A stretch of 64,000 nt of DNA, taken from the NCBI GenBank assembly GCA_963682135.1, contig OY821645.1:256001-320000 (forward strand), in the 5' to 3' direction. Shown piece after piece: positions 10,853-20,725 of this stretch (its first letter is position 1; each line of letters begins with the position of its first letter). The position numbers and the translations under genes are program-made. Below the pieces are notes generated by a model, which was given only the letters and a program-made list of their open reading frames with translations, was not told the DNA's origin and did no database searches. The DNA comes from Methanothrix sp. (lineage in GTDB: Archaea; Halobacteriota; Methanosarcinia; Methanotrichales; Methanotrichaceae).

Positions 10853-11665
10853 TTGAACATGGCAGAGCCTTTGACTGAAATAGAATATGCAGTGTGTTTC
10901 AATGCCTTCAAAAAAGCATCCACGGAATGGATGGCTATTCAAGGATGGTTAGCGGATGATTTTATTCCCTCACTTGCAGGCAAAGAGTCTGCAAAAATAC
11001 TGAGCATCGGCAGCGGAACGGGAGATTTCGACCTTACCCTGATGCGCATGCTTCTTGGCAAGATACCAAACATCTCCTATATTGCACTGGACCCTAATGA
11101 GACGCACAACCGAATATTTTTAGATCAGTATAGAGCGTCCGGTCTCAATCTTTACCAATTTCAGATCATTGCCAGGCCTTTTTGCGAGGATTTGCTTGAA
11201 GGGGGATTTGATATTGTTCATTTGACGCACTGCCTCTATTACATCCCGGACAGGAAGATGGCTATTCGCAAGTCTTATGAGATGTTAAATCCGGGGGGGG
11301 TGCTTCTCATATTTCATCAGACTCCTTTGGGAATTAACGAGATCCAGCGCATTTACTTGAAGAAAGTGAAAGGCAACGACAAGGAACTTTTTTCCTCCTA
11401 TGATATTCAACTCATCATGAAAGAACTGGATCTGAGGTTCAAATTCAACATCTTGATCTCTGATATTGATGTGACGGATTGCATAACAGGAACTGAAACA
11501 GGCAGGAGGATCTTGAGCTTCTTCCTGGAATCTAATCTAGAAGGACTCGACCGGACACAGTACAATGAGATAATTCAGACTATGAAGGAGATATGCTGGT
11601 GCAAAGATGGAAGATATTTTCTATTTCATCCCAGCGGCATCTTCTGGATAAAAAAGCCCCTTTAG
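10853..11665 (+). CDS. Class I SAM-dependent methyltransferase
   Basis: ILSIGSGTGDFD motif I, FDIVHLTHCLYY, LNPGG. Confidence 0.85.
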   Translation: MNMAEPLTEIEYAVCFNAFKKASTEWMAIQGWLADDFIPSLAGKESAKILSIGSGTGDFDLTLMRMLLGKIPNISYIALDPNETHNRIFLDQYRASGLNLYQFQIIARPFCEDLLEGGFDIVHLTHCLYYIPDRKMAIRKSYEMLNPGGVLLIFHQTPLGINEIQRIYLKKVKGNDKELFSSYDIQLIMKELDLRFKFNILISDIDVTDCITGTETGRRILSFFLESNLEGLDRTQYNEIIQTMKEICWCKDGRYFLFHPSGIFWIKKPL

Positions 11666-11718
11666 CATTGTGTCCGAATCCCAATCTCGGGAAAAGAAAA
11701 AAATAATATTTAGGTCGC

Positions 11719-12744
11719 CTATGCTTGCGAAATTCCGTCTACTGTGACCAGATTTGCATCTGCTCCACGAAACGCATTCTTAAAATGCACCTTTATCATT
11801 TGTGATTTACCTGGTTTGGAGTAGACAAAAGTGTCATCCACTTCGTTAGCAGCTATGATCACCTTGCTATCGACTACTTGCCCATCTTTGCTTAGCTCCA
11901 GGTACACCTTATTTCCATCGATATCAACGGATTTGATCGCCAATTCGTAACCTTCGTCTAAATTCAAAGGCGTTCCTGAAGTAAATGTTGATAGATTGGA
12001 GTTATTAATCAATACAAAAGAGGAATCTGATTCGGAGGTTTGCAGAACACCGTCTACTGTGACTAGATTTGCCTCTTTTCCCCGAAAAACATTCTTAAAA
12101 TGCACCTTTATCATTTGTGATGTGCCTGGTTTGGAGTAGAGAAAAGTGTCGTCCACGTCGTTAGCGGTTATGATCACCTTGCTATCGATTACTTGTCCGT
12201 CCTTGGCCAGCTCCAGGTATACTCTATTTCCATCGATGTCTACGGATCTGATTGCCAACTCGTAGCCTTCGTCTAATATCAAAGGTGTTCCTGATGTAAA
12301 TATTGACAAATCTGAGTCATTAATCAACACAAGAGATGAATCTGTTTCGGAGGTTTGCAGAACTCTGTCTATTGTGACTAGATTTGCATCTGCTCCACGA
12401 AACGCATTCTTAATATGCACAATTATCAACTGAGATGTATCGGGCTTTGAGTAGACAAAAGTGTCATCCGCCTCGTTAGCAGCTATGATAATCCTGCTAT
12501 CGACTACTTGTCCATCCTTGGTCAGCTCCATGTATATCTTATTCTGATCGATGTCTATAGACTTGATCGCCAACTCATAGCCGTCATTCAGCTTCAACGG
12601 CTCAGAATCATCGGTATCGATAGTTATTTCTGGATTGTCTTTACCAGGCATCGAGATCTCACTCTCATTTACAGAGCTAGGGTATGCCGTACTAATCAAA
12701 TTTGCAGATATGAACGCTAAAATTATAATTATAAAATATCGCAT
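11719..12744 (-). CDS. Secreted protein of three tandem S-layer-domain-like repeats
   Basis: Signal peptide, then three ~105-aa units PL.L.EGYELAIKS.DIDGNKVYLEL.KDGQVVDSK (315-bp period), resembling Methanosarcinales S-layer duplication domain sequence. Confidence 0.75.
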   Translation of the reverse strand: MRYFIIIILAFISANLISTAYPSSVNESEISMPGKDNPEITIDTDDSEPLKLNDGYELAIKSIDIDQNKIYMELTKDGQVVDSRIIIAANEADDTFVYSKPDTSQLIIVHIKNAFRGADANLVTIDRVLQTSETDSSLVLINDSDLSIFTSGTPLILDEGYELAIRSVDIDGNRVYLELAKDGQVIDSKVIITANDVDDTFLYSKPGTSQMIKVHFKNVFRGKEANLVTVDGVLQTSESDSSFVLINNSNLSTFTSGTPLNLDEGYELAIKSVDIDGNKVYLELSKDGQVVDSKVIIAANEVDDTFVYSKPGKSQMIKVHFKNAFRGADANLVTVDGISQA

Positions 12745-12891
12745 AGTTTACTTCCTCGAAAACACATAGTGCATTGATCTTAATAATCTTTCTTAAAATT
12801 TAGGATAGTAGAACTTCGACGAATTCCAGATACCTTTCCTTAAACAGGTTATCGTAAAAAATGAAAACAAAACAGGAAATAATCTAGCGGC

Positions 12892-13329
12892 TCAGACTCC
12901 TCCAAGGAAATCTGCACCCTGGGCTTTCCCTTGTTCCGATGTCGCATATTTTGCGATGGCGGCGTCCGACATGAGGTTGACATCGTTGGTAGTATATTTC
13001 GCTCCGTCACCATTTATTTCATGGGTTATGCCCTTGCTAGTTGTATTGTTTCCGGCAGCGATATAGGGCTTCTGCAAATTGACGGGTACGGTCATCTTTG
13101 CCATGAGCAAAGCAGTGTCATTTCCAAGGTTCTTGGAGACCCATGCATTCCACTGATCGACCAGGGCATTGAATGCCGGGACATCCTGACCCTGGATGGC
13201 TTTATCGTATGCCTGGCCGAGCTGGAAGGACAGGCGCACGCCGTCCACGGTGGCTTGTTGTTCTGGGGCATATGCAGCAGCCAGAGAAACGGCTGCCAAT
13301 AGGCTTACAAGAATAATAATAGTCTTCAT
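12892..13329 (-). CDS. Secreted hypothetical protein
   Basis: 145-aa ORF with a clear signal peptide (MKTIIILVSLLAAVSLAAA). Confidence 0.7.
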   Translation of the reverse strand: MKTIIILVSLLAAVSLAAAYAPEQQATVDGVRLSFQLGQAYDKAIQGQDVPAFNALVDQWNAWVSKNLGNDTALLMAKMTVPVNLQKPYIAAGNNTTSKGITHEINGDGAKYTTNDVNLMSDAAIAKYATSEQGKAQGADFLGGV

Positions 13330-13711
13330 GCTAATGGCTTTTCTATCGAGATTATTAATACCTCTTGGTCAGCCAATGAGCATAAGTAGGGTAGAGCAAT
13401 GAGTGCTAGAGCGGCTTTGCCATGGGCGGCCGGAAATCACTTTCGCGGCGCGCGGATGAGCCTTTTCTATTATTACTACTATGTATTGATCGGAGACAGC
13501 CACCCCCTCGTTCTACTCCCTTAGGCGGTCTCCAGCTATCTCTTTATAGGTGATTGCCCTGGACAATTTCGTGATCTCACCTGTGACTGCCTTGCTTTCC
13601 TTCCCCTTTCTCCTCCTGGCCTTCCGGCAAGCTTTTGCGCTATCCAATGCAGTCCTCTTTATGCCTTCACCGCTTGGCCGGGTTTGGGCTCCGGACTGCT
13701 TTTTTTGCCGG

Positions 13712-14209
13712 CTACTTCTTAAGCTCAATGACATACTCGCAATGGGGATCGCCGGTGCACATCCTCTTTGTGTACCTCATGGTGTACCGCGGGCTCAGGC
13801 TTTCGACTGAGTTTTGGCAAAAGGCCTGGCAATGAGCAGCCGTTCCTGCAGTCGGCCGATGCCCGATGTTCCTGTGAGCATTGAGCATCGGACAGCCTGT
13901 CATCTTGCCGATTACATGATCCTCATTTGCCACCAAGATCTCGCCCCTAAGCTCAGGCCCCAGAATTATGGTGGAGATGATGTCCAAAGTGCTCTCGATT
14001 TCTATAGCATTGCTCGCGGGAAGGCCCAGAGATCTTGCCAAATTCTTTGATTCCTTTCCACATTCTGTCATGATCGCATTCCAGATCTCATCGATCTTAT
14101 CGCCGATAATCTGCCGAACGAGCATGTCATAAACTACCGATTGGCTATTTGCAGCCTTGGTGGCAATCTCCCAGCGCACCTCTGCAGGAATATCCTTTAT
14201 ATTGACCAT
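13712..14209 (-). CDS. V4R/ATC-hydrolase-like protein
   Basis: GCP...C..FC...KRMCTGDPHCEY cysteine pattern; GAGG RBS. Confidence 0.6.
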   Translation of the reverse strand: MVNIKDIPAEVRWEIATKAANSQSVVYDMLVRQIIGDKIDEIWNAIMTECGKESKNLARSLGLPASNAIEIESTLDIISTIILGPELRGEILVANEDHVIGKMTGCPMLNAHRNIGHRPTAGTAAHCQAFCQNSVESLSPRYTMRYTKRMCTGDPHCEYVIELKK

Positions 14210-14261
14210 AGAAAGACCTCATTGCAAAGATAATGACGTTAATAATTAAATATTTTCTTCC

Positions 14262-14708
14262 CTAGACATAAATTCGGTCTTTCCCATCAAATGGTGGTGT
14301 AAAGATAGAGATGAGCTGCAAAGTTCCATTGCCGGTTACTTCTGATCCATGGATCGTTAATGCCGGTATGTACATCAGATCTCCGACTTTCATGACTAAT
14401 TGCTTTCCTGATACGTTCATGACAGCCTGGCCTTTAATGCAATAGGTCATCTCATCGCTGTATTGATGATAGTGCAACTTTAGGACCGAGCCGGGGGGAC
14501 CCATTACCAAATTGACGCTTGCATTTTTTCCGGATGCCACTTGAGTTATATTGAGACCGGCTATCGTGCCCACACTCTTTTGTTGGGCTAGATCAATGAG
14601 ATTGACCTTTTCTGTCAAATTTGCTGATAGATTGCTCTGCTCTTCTGCCAAGACCAGGAGACAGGAAGATAAGATGGCTAAAGACAGAGCCACAAATATT
14701 TTTTTCAT
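14262..14708 (-). CDS. Secreted cupin domain protein
   Basis: Signal peptide; HYHQYSDE...G and GDLMYIPALTIH cupin motifs. Confidence 0.8.
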   Translation of the reverse strand: MKKIFVALSLAILSSCLLVLAEEQSNLSANLTEKVNLIDLAQQKSVGTIAGLNITQVASGKNASVNLVMGPPGSVLKLHYHQYSDEMTYCIKGQAVMNVSGKQLVMKVGDLMYIPALTIHGSEVTGNGTLQLISIFTPPFDGKDRIYV

Positions 14709-14741
14709 GCCATGCGTATGTATTCTGACATTATCTATACC

Positions 14742-15293
14742 TTACGGTTCTTTGATCTGAGACATATCATCCTTCATCTTGACCAGGATCCATCCTCGCG
14801 TGGTGCGGGTGAGGGCATAGCCGCCTTTGAGCTTCTTGCCCTCCAGCCGGAAAGAAGCGTGGCCGCTATGCAGGGCCACCTTCATGGGGATCTCCTGTCC
14901 ATCTTTTTGGGTCATATTTTTATAGGAACCACTATCCCATACCACCACAGTTCCGGCTCCGTACTGGCCTGGCGGAATGGTGCCTTCAAAAGAGGCATAC
15001 TCGATGGGATGGTCCTCCGTCTCTATGGCCAGGCGCTTATCCCTGGGATCAAGGGAAGGCCCTTTGGGAACAGCCCAGGACTTGAGAACGCCGTCCACCT
15101 CCAGACGTAGATCATAGTGCAAGCTGCGGGAGCTGTGTTTTTGAACAACGAAAATACTGCCGCCTGGGGAGGAATTGCCGCCAGTGGGCTCGGAAGTGAT
15201 GAGAAAGTCTCTCTTCTCTCGGTAGATCTCTAATGGGTCCAACTTTTTCGTGCAGGATTCTAACGGATCAGATATCTTCGTGCCTTCATTCAT
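14742..15293 (-). CDS. Stand-alone LigD 3'-phosphoesterase domain protein
   Basis: FVVQKH.SRSLHYDLRLEVDGVLKSWAVPKGPS, TEDHPIEY, YGAG.V.VWD.G. Start estimated at ATG 15293. Confidence 0.9.
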   Translation of the reverse strand: MNEGTKISDPLESCTKKLDPLEIYREKRDFLITSEPTGGNSSPGGSIFVVQKHSSRSLHYDLRLEVDGVLKSWAVPKGPSLDPRDKRLAIETEDHPIEYASFEGTIPPGQYGAGTVVVWDSGSYKNMTQKDGQEIPMKVALHSGHASFRLEGKKLKGGYALTRTTRGWILVKMKDDMSQIKEP

Positions 15294-15382
15294 GAGAACA
15301 CCAGTAACTTTTTTCTCCTCACGAATATTAATTATTCTCTGGAGAGATCCCATTGAATTCATCCCATTCATACCATGAGCCC

Positions 15383-17410
15383 ATGGATCATGAGAACACG
15401 GGAAAAACCGAACCTCAAATGAAACACTCCGGTCATGCCGGACAAAGCCACGCCGGACAGAGTCATGCAGGACAGGGCCATCAGGACATGCTGGCTGATT
15501 TCAAGCGACGGCTGATCTTCTCACTCATTCTTACCGGGCCGGTGCTATTGCTCTCTCATCACGTACAGCAATTCTTTGGATATCACTTCCAGCCTTACGG
15601 CTCCGATACCATCCTTTTTCTGCTCTCTTCGGCAGTCTACTTCTATGGCGGCTATCCTTTTTTTATGGGCCTGAAGACTGAATTTCGCAAAAAGCAGCCG
15701 GGCATGATGACGCTCGTGGCAGTAGCCATAACCGTGGCCTACGTCTACAGCTCTTCTGTAATCTTTGGCTTTGCCGGCATGGACTTCTTCTGGGAGCTGG
15801 TGACACTTATAGATATCATGCTCCTCGGTCACTGGATCGAGATGCGCTCAACCATGGGAGCCTCGCGCGCCCTGGAGGAGCTGGCAAAGATCCTGCCCAC
15901 CCAGGCTCACCTGATCCGAGACGACGGTGTGCACGATGTATTTATTGCAGACTTAAGACTAGAAGATCATGTCTTGGTAAAGCCCGGCGAAAAGATTCCT
16001 GCTGACGGAAGGGTGCTGGACGGGACCACTGATGTAAATGAGTCAGCACTTACCGGGGAGTCTTTGCCGGCGATCAAGAGAGCTGGAGACGAGGTCGTGG
16101 CCGGCTCGATAAATGGCTCGGGAGCAGTGACATTGTCCGTTACGAAGACCGGCAAGGATAGCTATCTTTCCCAGGTGATCCAGCTTGTGCGCGCCGCCCA
16201 GGAGAGCCGATCAAAGACGCAAAACCTGGCTGACAAAGCAGCATTTGCGCTTACGGTTGTGGCAATAGCGACAGGCAGCATTACCCTGGCCGCCTGGTTC
16301 GCCTACGGAGCAGGTTTTGCCTTTGCGGTGGAGAGAGCCGTGACCGTCATGGTTACTGCCTGTCCTCATGCCCTGGGATTGGCCATTCCACTGGTTGTAG
16401 CCGTGTCCACCTCTCTGGCCGCCAAATCCGGGCTTCTGGTTCGAGAACGTCAGGCCTTCGAGACGGCCAAAGACATCTCTGCAGTGGTCTTCGATAAAAC
16501 AGGTACGCTTACTGAAGGGCGTTTTGGCGTGACAGACATTCTGCCTCTGGCTGAGGTGAATGTGAACAGGATCTTAGAGCTGGCTGCCTCTCTGGAGAGC
16601 CGGGCGGAGCATCCCATCGCCCAGGCAGTCACTAAAAAGGCTGTTGAGATGGGTTTGGCCATAGCCGCGCCCCAGGAGTTTCGGCTCATTTCCGGTGTTG
16701 GAATCGAAGGTCAAATAGGAGACCGCAAGCTGAAGATAGTCAGTCCTGGCTATCTAAAAGATCTGAAAACCGTTTTTCAGGACGAGAGGCTGGAGCATCT
16801 TCTCGGGCAGGCAAAGACGGTGGTGATCCTGCTAGAGGACGAAACGCCCCTGGGTGCTATTGCCCTGGCCGACGTAATCAGGAAAGAATCCCGCGAAGCG
16901 GTGGACCTGCTCAAGTCCATAGGCATAAAATGCATGATGCTCACCGGAGACAATCGATCGGTAGCCGAGGCTGTCTCCCGGGAGCTAGGGCTGGATGAGT
17001 TTTTCGCCGAGGTTCTTCCCGGCGAGAAAGCAGCTGCCATCAAGAGAGTGCAGGAGAGATTCACCGTGGCCATGGTGGGGGACGGGGTGAACGATGCTCC
17101 CGCCCTGGCTTCGGCGAATGTGGGTATCGCTATTGGCGCAGGAACGGACGTGGCCATCCAGGCAGCCGACATAATATTGGTAAGAAACGACCCGCGCGAT
17201 GTGGTCAATATCATCCGCCTATCCCGCAAGACCTATGCCAAGATGCTGCAAAACCTGCTATGGGCCACGGGCTACAACGTCATCGCCATTCCCCTGGCAG
17301 CGGGCGTTCTATATTCCTACGGCATACTGCTCAGCCCGGCGGCAGGAGCGGTGCTCATGAGCCTGTCCACAGTGATTGTTGCTGTGAATGCCAGGAGGCT
17401 TGCGATGTGA
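15383..17410 (+). CDS. copB: Copper-translocating P1B ATPase (CopB type)
   Basis: His-rich N-terminus (HAGQS repeats), CPH motif, DKTGT, TGES, GDGVND, YN and MSLST. Start estimated at ATG 15383. Confidence 0.9.
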   Translation: MDHENTGKTEPQMKHSGHAGQSHAGQSHAGQGHQDMLADFKRRLIFSLILTGPVLLLSHHVQQFFGYHFQPYGSDTILFLLSSAVYFYGGYPFFMGLKTEFRKKQPGMMTLVAVAITVAYVYSSSVIFGFAGMDFFWELVTLIDIMLLGHWIEMRSTMGASRALEELAKILPTQAHLIRDDGVHDVFIADLRLEDHVLVKPGEKIPADGRVLDGTTDVNESALTGESLPAIKRAGDEVVAGSINGSGAVTLSVTKTGKDSYLSQVIQLVRAAQESRSKTQNLADKAAFALTVVAIATGSITLAAWFAYGAGFAFAVERAVTVMVTACPHALGLAIPLVVAVSTSLAAKSGLLVRERQAFETAKDISAVVFDKTGTLTEGRFGVTDILPLAEVNVNRILELAASLESRAEHPIAQAVTKKAVEMGLAIAAPQEFRLISGVGIEGQIGDRKLKIVSPGYLKDLKTVFQDERLEHLLGQAKTVVILLEDETPLGAIALADVIRKESREAVDLLKSIGIKCMMLTGDNRSVAEAVSRELGLDEFFAEVLPGEKAAAIKRVQERFTVAMVGDGVNDAPALASANVGIAIGAGTDVAIQAADIILVRNDPRDVVNIIRLSRKTYAKMLQNLLWATGYNVIAIPLAAGVLYSYGILLSPAAGAVLMSLSTVIVAVNARRLAM

Positions 17411-17480
17411 TGGCTACAGAAGATGAAGTTGCAGCAAGCCCTGGTTAGATCCAAATACAAAATATTTATGTGGTGATATT

Positions 17481-18329
17481 ATGGAAAATGCGAAGAAAAG
17501 CCTGAAAATGGGATTTCTTGTGGTCCTCATGATCATATTGGGGACGAGTTGTATAGCATGTGCATCGGACGCAGCGAGCTTCGGGCCGCAGACGATAAGT
17601 GGAGAGCCATTGTGGAGACTGCTCTCTGCCTCTGATGCCGTGAACTCCAACCTTTCCAGAATCGAGACTGCCCTTGTCGATGCCAGCCTCGCTCTCTCAG
17701 AAACAGGCATTGACGGGCCTGCCGCTCGTGCCGTCCTGTCTGACCTCACGAAGGTGGTGCCTTCAGTAATTGACTGTATAACCATTGACGCCAATGGCAC
17801 AGTGCGTGAGGTCGAGCCCATCTCTTTTGAAAGCATGAAGGGAGAGAACTTGAAGGGGCAAGAGCATGTGAATGATACAATAAATACGAGAATGTATTCA
17901 GGTTTCCATTTCATAAGGGCTGTCGAAGGACTGCATGCAATCGATTCTGAGATGCCGGTCTTTGACAGGAATGGGACATTCATGGGAACCGTCAGCTTAA
18001 TGTTCAATAGCAGCCAGTTTTTTGGAAGTGTCCTGGAGGCATTTCAGCCGGCGGGAAATTCAAACATTTGGGTGAGCAAGGCAGATGATGCCACTATCCT
18101 GTACGACACCGATCCCACCCAGGCATTGTTCAACAGAAGCTCTTCTCTCTACCAGGATTTCCCTGAACTTTTGAGGCTTTTCGATAGGATGAGCGTTGAG
18201 AGAACAGGTTACGAAGCCTATGAGTTCCTGGACGAATCTCATGCCGGGACGATAAAGAAAGGCTGCTTCTGGACCACCATCCCCAATAGAGGTACGCAGA
18301 TGAGGCTTGTACTCACACTGGAACTCTGA
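17481..18329 (+). CDS. Extracytoplasmic Cache-like sensor domain protein without an output domain
   Basis: N-terminal hydrophobic helix, TIDANG.V, PVFDRNGTFMGTVS, ILYDTDP; GGTGA RBS. Confidence 0.65.
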   Translation: MENAKKSLKMGFLVVLMIILGTSCIACASDAASFGPQTISGEPLWRLLSASDAVNSNLSRIETALVDASLALSETGIDGPAARAVLSDLTKVVPSVIDCITIDANGTVREVEPISFESMKGENLKGQEHVNDTINTRMYSGFHFIRAVEGLHAIDSEMPVFDRNGTFMGTVSLMFNSSQFFGSVLEAFQPAGNSNIWVSKADDATILYDTDPTQALFNRSSSLYQDFPELLRLFDRMSVERTGYEAYEFLDESHAGTIKKGCFWTTIPNRGTQMRLVLTLEL

Positions 18330-18423
18330 TAGGACGGATGATCGGACGGGCACCGGAAAAGCCGCTTAATTCCAGGAGGGCGAAGAAAAATGTCGGGAAT
18401 CTGATCCTCAGAATCCCGACAAT

Positions 18424-20070
18424 CTATGCAGTGGGAACCATCTTGTAGATCTTTCCCGTATCTCCGGCAGGTCCTGCTACATCCGAAGTCAGGACATATT
18501 GCTCTCCCTCATCGTCTTGGCCAAAGGAGCGAATGTACTCATTGATCCTTCCGCCCGGTCTGTCCGCGACATGAATCTCCTCCATCTTCCACAGCCCCTC
18601 CCCGCTAGAGTTGGCCATGTAAAGTTTGCCGTCTCCTTTGGCAAAGCTGCTGGACCAGTCGGCAAATAAGTAGCTGCCGGCAAGCGGCATCAGGGCCTTG
18701 CCCTCGTATACATATCCGCCTACAACCACGGTGCGATTATTATGATCGTACTCGATTATCGGTCCCAGAAGCGGCTCACCTTTGCTGCCCAAGTCGGGAC
18801 ATCCGGATGGTGACTGCCTCGGGCTGTTGGGGTCGAAGCAGTGAGTCCCTTCTCTGATATTCCAGCCATAGTTGCCTCCTTTGCTGACCATGTCCACCTC
18901 TTCCCAGAGGTTTTGCCCGGCATCGGCCACAAAGAGACGACCGGCTGAATCAAAGGAGATTCTGTAGGGATTCCTGAGGCCATAAGCCCAGATCTCAGGC
19001 AGGAAACCCGTTCTATTTACGAAGGGATTGTCGGCAGGAATGCCATATCTCGCGCTGGCGTTATTCATAGTTGAATCAACATCAATGCGCAAAATTTTGC
19101 CCAGGAGAGTCGAGGTATTCTGGGCGTTGCCGCCGGCTACATGTCCTAAGGCAACATCGTTCGCGCCGCCTCCGTCACCCAAGGGCAGATACAAATATCC
19201 ATCCGGGCCGAAGGCAATGGTTCCTCCGTTGTGGTTCATTTGAGGCTTATCAATCTCTAGAATAACCTTCTCTGAGTTCATGTCAATAACCTTCGGATTG
19301 TCATTGGTGACGAGAAACTCAGAGAGTTTATTGGTGCAGTTCCAGCCTTGCGGCGCTCCCGACCGCAGAGGCGCGCTGTAAAATACAAATACACGACCGT
19401 TCCTGGCGAAATTGGGATGAAACGCCAAACCCAGAAGCCCACGCTCATCATACCTTGGCGATATTTTTACCATGCGATCGCTAACATTCAGAAAAGGCTC
19501 CTCTTGCAGCTTTCCATCCGCGGTCATCAGCTTGACAAGTCCAGTCTGGTCGACGACAAACATTCGTCCATCCTTTGAGCTGACAAACTCCATAGGTGCG
19601 GCAAAGCCCGACGCAACCAATTTCAACGCGACCATGGGCCCGCTTTGATTCGTCATAACATTACCAGCATCCATCTCCGTGGTTCCTGGGTCAGTAGAAT
19701 TGACCTTACTCGGATCTGTCTTTCCTGAAGCATCTGCGACTATTACATAGCCCATCATAGAAGGATGAATCAGGCATTGGTACTGGTATCTTCCCGGCTT
19801 TGTGAATACAAAATTAAACCTGCCACCGGCGGCCATATTCCCTGAGCTGAATGTGCCGTCTGAGCTGGTTACCGTATGCTCCACAGGATCATTATTTACC
19901 CAGGTCACTGCTGTCCCAGGAGACACCGTGATCGAATCTGGCTGAAAGGAAAAACTGGTGATCTCTACAACATTTGTCTGCATCTGTGGTAGCGTTTTTT
20001 CCACGCAACCTGCCATGCTGGCGGTCATTATCAGCAGCATGGCTATAGAAAAAAATTTGTAGTTTTCCAT
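18424..20070 (-). CDS. Lipoprotein: cupredoxin domain fused to a PQQ-dependent glucose/sorbosone dehydrogenase-like propeller
   Basis: Lipobox MAGC; HTVT...YQCLIHPSM type-1 Cu ligands; ERGLLGLAFHP, NHNGG.IAFGPDG, AYGLRNP, GGNYGW. Confidence 0.85.
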   Translation of the reverse strand: MENYKFFSIAMLLIMTASMAGCVEKTLPQMQTNVVEITSFSFQPDSITVSPGTAVTWVNNDPVEHTVTSSDGTFSSGNMAAGGRFNFVFTKPGRYQYQCLIHPSMMGYVIVADASGKTDPSKVNSTDPGTTEMDAGNVMTNQSGPMVALKLVASGFAAPMEFVSSKDGRMFVVDQTGLVKLMTADGKLQEEPFLNVSDRMVKISPRYDERGLLGLAFHPNFARNGRVFVFYSAPLRSGAPQGWNCTNKLSEFLVTNDNPKVIDMNSEKVILEIDKPQMNHNGGTIAFGPDGYLYLPLGDGGGANDVALGHVAGGNAQNTSTLLGKILRIDVDSTMNNASARYGIPADNPFVNRTGFLPEIWAYGLRNPYRISFDSAGRLFVADAGQNLWEEVDMVSKGGNYGWNIREGTHCFDPNSPRQSPSGCPDLGSKGEPLLGPIIEYDHNNRTVVVGGYVYEGKALMPLAGSYLFADWSSSFAKGDGKLYMANSSGEGLWKMEEIHVADRPGGRINEYIRSFGQDDEGEQYVLTSDVAGPAGDTGKIYKMVPTA

Positions 20071-20224
20071 TTTGATCGTTCCTTACGATTTTTGAAAATT
20101 TTTCAGATATTTATTAGGTGTCACTCCGATATATAATTTATCCAAAGAACTGATGCATTTGGATCGAGATATCAATGCCCGCTTGGACATTCGCATAATT
20201 TGGAAATTGCTGCCTTATCTCGAA

Positions 20225-20380
20225 TCAGACTTCGATCTTCACGTTGCGCTTTTCAAAGAACTCCTTTAGCGCTTCCTCTACAACTTCACTCTGGGCACGC
20301 AGGCTGCTCTTTGTTTTTGCAGTATACACCTTCAATGTTTTGGCCATGGGTTCGGAGAGAGTTAATGTCGTTTTGGGCAT
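20225..20380 (-). CDS. Ribbon-helix-helix-type small DNA-binding protein
   Basis: MPKTTLTLSEPMAKTLK...QSEVVEEALKEFF strand-helix-helix pattern. Confidence 0.6.
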   Translation of the reverse strand: MPKTTLTLSEPMAKTLKVYTAKTKSSLRAQSEVVEEALKEFFEKRNVKIEV

Positions 20381-20508
20381 AAAGTCCTTGCAACAGAATA
20401 TTATGTATTTATAGATTCTGATGCTTACAAATTTAGGTACCAACAGCTTTATATTTAAAAATATCGTGTTAAGATAATATAAAAATAAGTTTAAATGGAG
20501 AATTTAAA

Positions 20509-20676
20509 ATGCAAAATAAAAAGGATAAGAGAACAAAGGGTGTTACTGTAAAAGCAACGCCTGATGTGAAGAAGACAGGCGCTTCTGGAAATGCGGATGC
20601 AAAGAAAGGAGCTGCTGACTCTGGGAAGAAAGGTGTCCCCGCGAAAGGTGACGCGCGGAAAGGGTGGAAAAAGTAG
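20509..20676 (+). CDS. Small Lys/Gly/Ala-rich protein (55 aa)
   Basis: Below the ORF-track cutoff; GGAG RBS; MQNKKDKRTKGVTVKATPDVKKTGASGNADAKKGAADSGKKGVPAKGDARKGWKK; followed by inverted repeat cggtctt/aagaccg. Confidence 0.55.
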   Translation: MQNKKDKRTKGVTVKATPDVKKTGASGNADAKKGAADSGKKGVPAKGDARKGWKK

Positions 20677-20725
20677 AAGATCACAGCGCTCAACCAATAG
20701 CGGTCTTAAGGGTAAAGAAAGACCG

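Noticed and set aside
13400-13734. 73-aa basic ORF and GC-rich stretch, possibly an IS end or ncRNA
   Set aside because: No matching inverted repeat, transposase motif or convincing structure.
15293-15383. Overlap of the LigD-PE and copB 5' ends
   Set aside because: Disappears when internal ATGs are used.
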